Shown one piece after another: positions 1 to 11,600 of a stretch of DNA of 64,000 nt; positions within the stretch are counted from its first letter, which is position 1; the number at the start of each line of letters is the position of its first letter. The stretch comes from Macrostomum hystrix. Taxonomy: Eukaryota; Animalia; Platyhelminthes. The stretch covers positions 2,046,001 to 2,110,000 of the forward strand of contig CATNEN010000011.1 of the NCBI GenBank assembly GCA_950097015.1. Direction: 5' to 3'. A program made the translations under genes and the position numbers. The notes beneath the pieces are model-generated. The model worked only from the letters and a program-made list of their open reading frames with translations, was not told the DNA's origin and did no database searches.

Positions 1-1210
1 GCATCAGTTTTATTTTGCTGAAATTAAATAAATTTATCTTTCTGTTCGCGTAATAAGCCGAGAGTAAGAGCACACAGCAATGCAATTAATGAAGCCAAGG
101 TGTACAGTATAAACACACCAAGATTACTAGTAAATAATATAGTCATAATTAATTATTATTAATTAATTTAATTAACATAAAATATTCATAACCTTTAAAG
201 CTCACATTGTGTACAGTTCTGAAAAAGGAGAAATAGTCACAAAATAAGCAACAAAAATGCTTGCTGCGTCTGTTTAACAGGACACAGAGCGCGAGAAAGC
301 ATTTTGAAGCGCTCTTCTGTAATTTGAATTTCTAGGACACGAAGGTTTTTAGGAGAAAGTTCACTATTTTGAGTATAAAGTCTAATAATCTAATATCAGC
401 TAACGAAGCTTTTTTATATTTACACCCTGCGTAAATAGCGATTAAATAATCATGTCACCAGATGCAGGGGCAACTATGTATAAGTTTATAATATATGTAA
501 CTGCTTGTGCCCTACCTCGAAACTAAAGGACATAAGTTCTGGCTCTGGGATGACTGATTTAGCAAGACTTCTCAGGAATTAACGACTCACGTGTCTCCAT
601 TTTAAAATACCTTAAACTAAATGTCAGCAAAAACAGATACGGCAGTTTTTGAGGCTTTATTTGAGACAGTTTTTGAGTTTATTCTTATGTAACAGGTCTA
701 AGTATCATTTGTTAAAAACAACTATAAATTATAAATATCGTGGCTTCCAAGAACTCGAGTTTTCGTTTTCGCTTTTAAACCGAAAATCCAGTGTTACCAT
801 AAGTTAGTACCTTGTTCATTGTTTCTGATTTAAAGATGCATTTACAATTGTGTGTTCGGCAGATTTAACATTCAGAAAAATTAACTTACAACTTAACTAT
901 TATGAGCAATCTGGTTCGCTAATAATAAAAATAATTTTTTAATTAGGCATCAGTCTTCAGATCGAGTCTATAATATTTCTTTGTGTTTCAGTAGCAGAAA
1001 TATCAAGTTCGATATATAATTTTCTGCGTATAGATAGCCATTCTTACATCATTACAGATTGAATAGTTTATTTTAATTCTAATAGAACTTTAATTCTATA
1101 TAATCAGTATTTGTTTAGGCAGAGCTTATTCCCACGGTCCCATGCCAATAATTTAAATTTTATTCACACGGATCCATGCCGATAATTTTCTGCTTATCCT
1201 TACGGCAGCG

Positions 1211-1692
1211 GAAGTGCTTTTTCCCATGGTCCCATGTCAATAATTTCAATTTTATCCACATGGATGTACGTGCCAATAATTCTCTGCCTATCCACACAGC
1301 AGCTTGTTTTGCCAATAACTTTAAGAACTTAAAGCACATATTTTACAGGAACTATGTAGCAATTTTCATGTACTATATACAACTGGCCATACATGTTTTC
1401 CAGAACCTGCAGTACCTATAGTAGTGCCTCTTAATTACAAGCAATGCATACATCAAATTTCAAATAATCGTTAATTTTGAATAATATGTAACGTTGCTAA
1501 CAATTGCATGAGAAATCGCAAAAGATTTAGTAAGTTTTTATTACAATAATTAAAAAGGATAACATTAATGTCTAGGCCTAGGATATATAGGATTCATACA
1601 AGCTGCCATGTGGATAGGCAGAGAATTATCAGGACGGATCCGTGTGGATAAAATTGAAATTATTGGCACAGGACCATAAGAATAAGCACTTC
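1211..1692. mobile_element. Fold-back / MITE-like element with ~95-bp terminal inverted repeats upstream of RNF213
   Basis: 1211-1307 (gaagtgcttt...ttatccaca...gcctatccacacagcagcttgt) is the reverse complement of 1598-1692. A diverged extra direct copy of the arm lies at ~1122-1200. The interior is AT-rich. Confidence 0.6.
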
Positions 1693-2658
1693 CACTTGTT
1701 TAAGCCAAGTTTTTTTAATAAGATGTTATACTTATCTACTAAGGCTTTACTAGATTGATTGGAAAAGTTATATCAACATAAAAACACAATTTGAGTTTCT
1801 GCTATCTTTGTTTTGATTTTTAAGCTAAAGATTTAGAAACATAGCGGACAAATCTATTTTTACATTTATCACACTTATTAAGTTAGATTAGTTAGATTAG
1901 TTTTATTTAAGAAAAAAGTCTAATTAACTATTATTATTAAATGCAAAACAATTGTTTTTGCTCTGGTATTAGTTGGGAAAGTTGGTATGCCACAAAATCA
2001 TTTCATACTTTTTCTAGGATTTTACCTAGTTCCAGAATTGGCAATGCTCTAGTTTTGCATGTTTAAATTATAATTTAATAATTAATTATTAATTAAACGG
2101 ATAAAATTATTTTTAAAAAAGATAAAGACTTTCCCAAAATTTAATTTAGTAAATTGTTTTACTTGCCCAAGTTTATAAATGTCTTGGCAGTGCATGGTTA
2201 TGTCTCTGGCAAAATATATGCATTTGTTATAGGTTTCAATTGACATGGTAATGCTATGTCTATGGCCCTTTTATAGTGAAGGCGTATCTATGGTGAAGAT
2301 ATTCAAGAAAGAGATAAATAAGGGTTGGGAACATCATTTTCTGGGTGGCACACTACCAGGCATACCATTATGATAACTAAGAGGCTTGTTTGTCTTTGGT
2401 AGGTTATTACTTAATAAAATCTTGGAAAAGTTGTTATCTAGCAAAGTATTAAAGTATACAAACATAATTATATAAGCTATAAGACAAGAAGCTTAATTGG
2501 TTTAAAAACAAAGATATTTTTTCGATTATTTTTAGCTTAATTTACATTTTTGTACTTTTGTATCCATTATATATGGATTTATTTCAAGCATATAAAGCTA
2601 GTAAGATTTCTCTATTTCAGATTTAACTCTCACTATTCACTAGCATGTAGTAGCCATA

Positions 2659-5600
2659 ATGTCAAGCAACTGTGAACATTCAGCGCAGCACCTGCGCAAG
2701 CGTTGCCTGACCTGCGAAACCCCAACAGCCAAGCTGCAATCTAAATTCTGCTCGCAGTGTCGCTCAGGCGAGACTTTTGAGTACTTCTGCGATGTGTGTG
2801 CTGGCAATGTGGTGGCAAACTGTTCTCACTCAGTGTCTAGCTGGCAGAAGCGTTGCTCAGACAAGGATTGCCAAGAAGTGGCAGAAAACCTTAGCAGCAA
2901 GTTTTGTTCTGAATGTGGCAAACAAGGCACATTCCAGGTGTTCTGTGACTGCTGTAATGCTCAGCAAGCTAATCAATTGCAGTCCAACAACTCTGCAGCT
3001 GACAGCCTTGGTCAACTGCCAACACCATCTCTGCCACCCTACCAGCAGGGCTCTCTGATGTCGCTCACAGAAGTGACACTTTATCGCCCTGATCTGCTGC
3101 AGCAAGAAGCTGGTTTGGTGGCGTCGTCGAATGATCAGGCGACTTCTAGCTGCCCAAACCAATCTGAAGATTCAAGCAATCTGATGCACCTCATGGACAC
3201 CAGTACGGTAGACTCAACAGAAAAGCATCAGCAAGAGTCAGCTGATTCAGACCAAATCCAGGACCTACTTAACCAAATGTCACAAATTGTGTCTGCTAGT
3301 CAGCAAGACCAGCCTCTGCAGCATGGCTCTCAGATGTCCACCGTTCCACAGGACCAGCCTCCGCAGCATGGCTCTCAGATGTCCACCGTTCCACAGGACC
3401 AGCCTCCGCAGCATGGCTCTCAGATGTCCACCATTCCACAGGACCAGCCTCCGCAGCATGGCTCTCAGATGTCCACCGTTCCACAGGACCAGCCTCTGCA
3501 GCATGGCTCTCAGATGTCCACCGTTCCACAGGACCAGACTGTGCAACATGGCTCTCAGATGTCCACCGTTCCACAGGACCAGCCTCTGCAGCATGGCTCT
3601 CAGATGTCCACCGTTCCACAGGACCAGCCTCTGCAGCATGGCTCTCAGATGTCCACCGTTCCACAGGACCAGCCTCTGCAGCATGGCTCTCAGATGTCCA
3701 CCGTTCCACAGGACCAGCCTCTGCAGCATGGCTCTCAGATGTCCACCGTTCCACAGGACCAGCCTCCGCAGCATGGCTCTCAGATGTCCACCGTTCCACA
3801 GGACCAGCCTCTGCAGCATGGCTCTCAGATGTCCACCGTTCCACAGGACCAGACTGTGCAACATGGCTCTCAGATGTCCACCGTTCCACAGGACCAGACT
3901 GTGCAACATGATGCTGAAACGGCTTCCAGCACACGGGACCAGCATGAATTGTTCAGTCATCAGATGTCCGATAGAAAATATCCTGAAGCTGCGAAATATG
4001 ACCATCAGATACTTACTGGTTCATTGAATCAGTCTGAACAAACAAGTGCTCCAATACCAAATCTAGACCTTGAGCAGTTCTCAGATGCTTCATTTCAGCA
4101 GGCGGAGCAGTTAAGAAAGCGCCAAGGTGCACTTGAAGATTCAGTACAAGCTGCTAGTTCATGTATTGGTTCCGGTGACGCAAGAGTGCCAGAGTCCTCT
4201 GGTTCTGACGCAATGACAGCCACTGGTTCGAGTCCTAGTCTGACTAAACGACAAAAACTTGACTCTGAATGTGTCGATGCCAAAATCCAGTCAAGTAACG
4301 ACTCTGATGATGCTAGCAGAGGTCACACGGAGACCAATTCATCAGCGACAGAACCCGTCAAGACAGCACCCGTGTCCAACGGAGCTGGGGACTCCATCCA
4401 TGCCACTCTGACTGAAAGCGATCCGGAAGTGTCTGTGCAACAGTCGGATTCGACGCAGTCTGCAAATGAATCGAATGAGGATCAACAAACTAGTGATTGT
4501 CCTGCCGATAGTTGCTCTAATATGGATCAATCGCAATCTGCTGACATTGAAGAACCAATGGACACAGACGACACCATTACTAATAAAACTGATCGGCTAA
4601 CAAATAAGTCTGGAAACTTAGCTCCTGAGTCTCCAAATCAGATGTTACAAAATATCGGCGAAAAGATGAGCGACCTCAATATGACTGATGCTCAGAATTC
4701 CCCGTCGAAACAACAGGGGCAGAAACATGCACCTAAGCCAGACGAGAGTAGCAAACGTTCGCGCAGCGACGGGCAGAGAGGCGCTGTAGACTATCTTCAA
4801 ATCATGTCTGCTGCATTTCCCGACGAGCCCCATATCGAAGTTAGATTGCGCTTTTTCCTTGACGCAGAATCGTTTAATTTCAATCCACAAAGAGATCACA
4901 TCTTACTTGTGATCAAGCACGAAAAGCTTGGTAATGGCAACGCTCATCAGAGTCCTTTTATCATTAGAGATGAGTTTCTTAAAGAATTTCAATTGGAGGG
5001 CTACAAATCGAAAAAACTAATCCAGGTAGCCGCTTCCTTTTTTCTGCCAAAATGTCTTCTAAATTCTACTGGAGGCCTTGATTATAGATATGCTGTCAAA
5101 GTCGAATCAGATTGGCTTGAGGCTGGCGGTATGCCTCCAATGAAATATTGTAACACAGAATCGCAGCTCCACCTGCAGTTTGACGGCCTTGTGCGTCGTG
5201 TCGCAACTGATCGCTCTACTCGCTCTACCGGAGCAAGTCAGTTTGAAAACTCTGAGCTAGAACACCGCCTGTTTGTTGAAAGTGTACTCGCAGAGTTAGC
5301 CCAAGTCAAGACTGCTACCGACCCTTCGTTCTGCTCTTTCGTGCTAAGATCAGCTGGTCGTATGCTTAAAAACATCGAAGTGGACTTGCATGACCATAGG
5401 TGTAAAGAGCTGAAACCTAAGGTGAGTCAATGAGGAAACTATAGGGTATGGTTAGTTTGTTAGGAAAATTGTTGCGTTGCAATTTTGTTCAATTATTAGT
5501 CAAGCTCTATATTCTGAGACGAACTACCCTAAATGCAGGCACTGAAGCAAATGCTAGAGCGAATTCTAGATTCGCCTAGCGAATACGGATATGATCTTGG

Positions 5601-8600
5601 TGAGCAAAAAACCTGGCACCAGTGGCTGGACTGCGTGAAGCTGTTTCTATTTGCCAGTCACCACAGGATGCTGCCGTTTCAAAAGCACTGCGCCTTCCAG
5701 CTAAAAAAGGAACACGCCAAAACTCTTCTGAAGCTAGTTCTGCCTCCTGTTAAATCATACTCTGATGGTGCTCCTGAGATTAATGGGTGAGCCTTATATA
5801 TTCAACTGCAAATGGCAAAACTTCTTTGATTACCTTTTTTAGAAGTATATTAGTTAACTACTATTTTCGAACCATAATTACGCTTCAAAGGGAGCTGGCT
5901 AAACAATTTGCTGAAGCGATTCAAGAAATCGCTAATGGTGATTCTTCTCAGTACATAGCCGAGCTGCTCTACCTTGGCCCAGCCCATTATCTGATTGTTC
6001 TTGGGCTACGGCCCTTTGATTCTGACCAAGTTTATGAGATCTATGGACGGAGGCACAATGCGTACGAACCTGTCTGGTGGGGACTGAAAGACTTTCCCGC
6101 AAGTTTCTTCGAAATGATGAAGTACAGGACGAGTGGCAGGTCAGTGCCATAGTCGTTTCTCATGCTTCAATTTTATTTCGTACAGTTTTTACCTTGCAAT
6201 CTCTGTATCGGTAAATCCAAATCACATTTTTAGTATGAACTTTAGTATGAACTGGCTAGCAGAATTTCTGACCAAGTACGGCGCTATGGATCCTTTGCTG
6301 GATAGATTTTGCTGCGCTGTTCTCAAAGAAAGCGACCTTTCTGAGCTGCTTAAGCTGAAGCCGGTTGCTTGCGAAGTGAAGCTAGCCCTGTGCTATTATT
6401 TTTTACGCTCTGCTGTTTCAGATCTTTCACGATTCCACGTAGATATTTTGGTAAGTAATTTCAGTTTTATGTAGTTTTAACAAGCTCTATAAATGTTTGT
6501 TTTACCTGAGCACGGAATACAAAACAAACTATTGTTTAATACAATGTGCTGCTCGTTTTATTTTCACTTCAGACACTTCTGGAAGGCGTCGTCGTGCAAG
6601 AGCTTGAGCCGATTTCTCTAACTCTGTGTCTGTTTATCTGTACAGACTTAACTAAAGAGACACTTCGCAAGACCAGTTTGTACTCCAGTTACAACGACAC
6701 GGCTAACAGGCTTCGATACCAGCTTGTTAATTTCGTCCTCAGGTGTTTCCTGGAATTGCAACGCCGAATACAAACACAAGCTTCTAATATTGCTTATTTT
6801 CTTAAAGAGAAGGATATTGCGTCGCGTCTCACAATTTCTTTAATTGAAGCTTTAGTGAAAGAGGACCAAATGTTTGTGAAACTGAATATTCAATCGCTGG
6901 CAGTCGGTGTTCAAGTAAGAAATGCAAAATACACAAAAAAGTAATTCATTAAATTAATTAATTAATTACTTAGTTTTTAATAAATTTATTTTCACTAAAT
7001 ATTGCAGTGCTTCAATCAGTTTTATGAAACGCTGAAAGCCTACGAAAATGTAGATTCTCCTGAGTTGCACACCGCCTGTGCGAGGGCTTTGAGAGACTTA
7101 TTATGCTATGTCTCTAAAGTAAGTACATAGAGTAAGAATGCATACAAATTGATTTATTTTACATTGAATTTGATATAATAATTATATTTCGCCGTTAATT
7201 CTAGACTTTAATGATGGACCTTTTCAATTCTGGCACCGTGATATCGCTGCTTGAAATCAGCATGACGGGAATTGTTCTTGAGGTTCTCATGGAGAAGCTG
7301 GAAGGTGGCTGGCACAAGGGAGTTTTACCGGAAAATCTAGTATGTTGCGATGAAATAGATGATTGTTGTATTCCTGCCATTTAGTCCATAAAATATTTTA
7401 AAGCCGAATTCTGTTCTTTTTTAGAAAAAAGTCTGGAAGGAAATCCAGTGCTTATTTGACAGCAAGCATCGCTACTCGAAAACTGTTAGCGAAGTCATGT
7501 CTAACATGATTTTGACAATGAGCCAAAAGTTTCAACGGGCAGAGATGGTACATGACCTTGACCGCTCTTTGGTGTTTGTTCTGGAATGGCCGATTGCAAC
7601 GCATCTCATTTCTGAGCTCAGTAAGTTTCTAAATTAATGTTACTTACGATCTGTGGCGTATAGCTGTACAATTTTTTTGTTGTTTGTGTTATCCGTTACA
7701 TATTTTTGGTAGCCTACTAGCTCTAAAAGTGAGTGACTTCAAGAACTCTCTTGAGCGTCGATTTTGACTGGTCAGGAGATAATGTGTACTAGTAGCAGTT
7801 TATACTTCTAGTTGTCACTTCTGACTCTGATCAATTTATCCCCCCTAACGCTAGTTTATTGTTACTAGTTTAGACAATACTGTACTAGTTTGTTCCCTCA
7901 GTCTTGAAACTTCAGCTCTTAAGCGATGAATGTATAATATTTTCCATTTATTTCGACCCACTAAGATGCAAGACTTAAGGTGCAAATTCATTGACCGAGG
8001 CGAAGCCGAGTCTATGTCTATGTCTATAGTCTATGGTAAAAGGACACAGGCGACAAAAATCATGGAGGAAACACAAAATACACAAAGAAGAAAAAGTTCC
8101 GTTTATCCCCCACTTGGGCTGGCCAAATAAATGGCTCCGCCAATAGGAAAGCAAGATTCATTTATCTGGCCCGGCCAAATAAATGGCTCCGCCAATAGGA
8201 AAGCAAGATTCATTTATCTGGACCGGCCAGTTTTTTACCATAGAGTCATAGACTACAGACTCTGGCGCCGTCAGCCAAGCGAGGGATAAAGACATTATCA
8301 CCCACTTGTTTGACTTATCTATGGCCGAAAACGTCTTCGGACATCGTTTCTTGGCCATAAACGAGTCCTCAGCCGTTCCCGGCCCAAATAAATAAAAAAG
8401 TGGGTGATAACTTATACATGTATCCCCCACTTGCCCGCCAACATTGTCTATGTCGTAACGCGTTTCGTTTATTTGCCCTAGGGCAATAAATCATTTATTT
8501 CCCGCGCCCCCGCGCGAAACAGAACTTTTACCACAGACATAAGTCACACCCGTCTGGGGAAATAAACAAAGAAAGTGCAAAACGAGAACGCTCGGAACCA

Positions 8601-11600
8601 AACACACCCTCCGTCCAGCTGTCATCTTCGATGGGCTTTGACACCGGGTCAGACTTCTTGAGCCCGACGCCCTTGCCCTCAGCAGTTGATAGCTTCATAG
8701 CAGCGTCCAACGCTCTTCTGCACTCGGCAAACTCGACATTCGTCCAGAGGCACCAGTCCTTGCGATGCACGTTGCGCATTTGGTATTGTAGCATTGAGAA
8801 GAAGTCCTTCAGGGTACCAGCCGAGTACCGTTCGTTCCGTTTTGTCCGGACCTCCAGGATAAACAACTTCAGGAGAAAGTTCAGGTCCGTCTTGTCAAAC
8901 TCATCCATGTCCTTGATAACCATGATGGATGGTCCACCATTCGTCGCCCATTCTTGCTTCTTAAACGCGTGCCATTCATTGAAAGTAGACAGCATCCACT
9001 CGCATTTCTTTACGGTGTTCGGAGGGACCGTGCCGCCAATCATGGCCTCCGCCTCGGCCTCAGTCAAGCTTTCAAATCGAGGGCTAGACATATACAAGCG
9101 TCTGCTATTCTGTCCTGTTCTGTCTTTTTCGCATAAAGGTTGTCTTTTTTAGCGTCTACCCTCCTCTCGGATTTTGATTTTCACCATAGACTACAGACAG
9201 AGCGTAGCAAGAAACAGAAGACTTAAAGTGCAATGAAAGTCGGCAGCCAAGTGGGGGATACATACCATCTCTCCCACTTATTTCGGCTGTCTAGGGTGCA
9301 AAGGCACTCGGCGCGAATTTCATTGACCTCGGCTTCGCCTCGGTCAATAAATTTGCGCCTCGAGCCTTTACACCCTGGCAGCCGAAATAAGTGGGAAAGA
9401 TTATACATTTATCGACCCGGGCGATAAATAATTGAAATGCTTTAAGACATAGATTGCGATAGCGTGCAAACGGGGAATGCATAAAAAGGCAACGTCTACA
9501 GAGTAGATTTAACATGAATAAGCAACAATCTAATTAATTAGTAGCATCAGCTACAAGCAGAACATCTTATTGCTTGTTGGCTACTTTTAGACTAATGTTG
9601 ATATCCGCTTCAGCACTTCCATTAATTTTATATACTCGCACACATCGGGACAAAAATTCGGTTTATAATCTAAAATCCATGATTTTTTAGATCGCGAAGG
9701 CCTGTCTGATCGATTTTCAACTGAGGCAATGAATGTTTTAAAACACTGCTCCTCTGTTAGTTCGAAATTTCTGAATCAAATTTCCAATGTCAACTTCATC
9801 AGCTACGGCAGCGTTGACTACCTGGCTAAGCAGCAGGACGCTATTGAGACTCTCAGTCGTGCTCTCAAAGCAAATATCAATATTAAAAGCGTTCTAGAAA
9901 CTGCTGTAGGAATGAAGCAACAGCTCGATGCAACATTGGATGTGTTGAACAACCTGTTACAATTTCTTGAAAACGTTACCGATCCCCAGATGGGTAAGTT
10001 TAGCAATTTTAATAACCTAATAAGTTTTAAATGACAAAAAAAATTGCTTTGTTATTCCAGTGGACCTGCGAGATTTTAGACAGACGCTGTCCAACAGTCA
10101 CTTAAGCAGCGTAAATCTAGGATTTCTGATCGATCCTCAACTGCCACGGGGTTCTCTACAGCTGAAATACTTTCAGTCGTTGATAAACTTTCAAAATGAA
10201 ATTCAACAAATAGCTACTGGATTTGATCGGCTATCGCGAAGCAGAACATTTGAGGGAAGTCTTGGCAGAGCAGTGCGATTTCAGTTCAAAAAAAATAATG
10301 AACAGAAATTGCAAATCGATAAGCTCCTCCCATGTCTTGCTGCAGCTATTGAAGACTGGGAAGGCCAGGTTGCTAGTCTGCAGTCAAAACAGGCTACTTT
10401 GGCTACAGCCGAGAAGTTCCTTGGCAATCTAGCAAAAGATCCCAAAAAATTAGCTGAAGAATTTCGCTGCTTTCAGTCTGGCTGGGACCAAAATGCTTGG
10501 ACAGAGTACGTTAGACGGATTCTATTCGCAATTAAAATTTCAAGCTATTCTAAAGCTGCATCGGCTATCACTAAGGTTCTAGAGGCATTTAGTGTAACAG
10601 ATGAACTCGCTTTGTTAAAAAGAGTACTCCAGATAGGGAGAGGAAGCAGGGACACGCCTTTACAAAGCATTGAGATGGCTCAAATCGACCAATTTGAATT
10701 TCTAGAAGAGGTTTCACGAGATGACTTGTTTGTACCAATGCTGGATGCCATTAGAAAAAGCTTCGATTTCTGTCAGTGGGTTCGCGCGAATGTACAGCGA
10801 CAAGACCTTAAAACCTTCTTTGATCTTGCAATGATTTATCTAGGCGACTCTGGCGATTTAGAAAGGAAAAAGATCGAAACGTTTAACCACGTTGTAACTG
10901 AACTCGATGAAGTTATATACGAACTTGGAGTAGCTCAACGAGAGCGAAACGCTAACGTGGCTACCTTCCTACATCAATGCGGCAGAATTTTAGAGAAGGT
11001 CAGAGCCAGCCCGGGTTTGATTCAAGAACTCGGAGAAACAAGTTCTCGTTTGGACTGGATCAAAGCAGTAAAAGAGAACCAGGGCTCTGTTGAAAAATCT
11101 ACCATCAAGAAAATCGAGGCTATAGTGGCTACTGGTTTCGTTTACATTGGCTGTTTGCTAAATAAAGACGAGCCATTTTTATTGAAGGCGACTTCGATTA
11201 GTGAACACGAATGCGGAAAAGAGGAAGTTATGGAATTTGATATCGAAGATGTGCGCGATCTTCAGTCCAAGCTGATGCTCATCGCAGGACAGTCTTACGA
11301 GAATCGAGACCTTCTAGAGCGCTTCGTGAGTTTAACAACGAGCATTTTCAGACTTATCGATGTGTACAAAGAGTTCAAACTGCACTGCTGTGTCTTGTGT
11401 GAGAAAGTAGCTATGAAATTCAATCTAAAGGCCTCGAGTAAAAACAATGCTTCAATAGAGCTTCGCTATTGCAACCCACCAAAGACTATTAAGTTTGCGT
11501 ACGATGACATTGCTGCTGGATTAACGGACTTATCGAATGTTTTCCAAGACTGCCTCAACGAATGGAAGGCCGTAGTACAGAACGTTAGAGTGTCTCATCA

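Larger units (their letters stand above)
7929..9409 (-). mobile_element. Internally deleted Crypton-like (DUF3504-type tyrosine recombinase) DNA transposon in RNF213 intron 8
   Basis: ORF 9097-8528 has the N-terminal pattern of the Crypton/ZMYM/KCTD1/QRICH1 family (RF..LTE, PPNTVKK..W..F.EW, LKLFILEVR, RYS..TL, RRALDAAMK, G.G.KK..P, W..GVFG). It breaks off before the catalytic LRG..H region. Diverged inverted repeats lie at 7929-8010 and 9325-9409. Confidence 0.75.
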
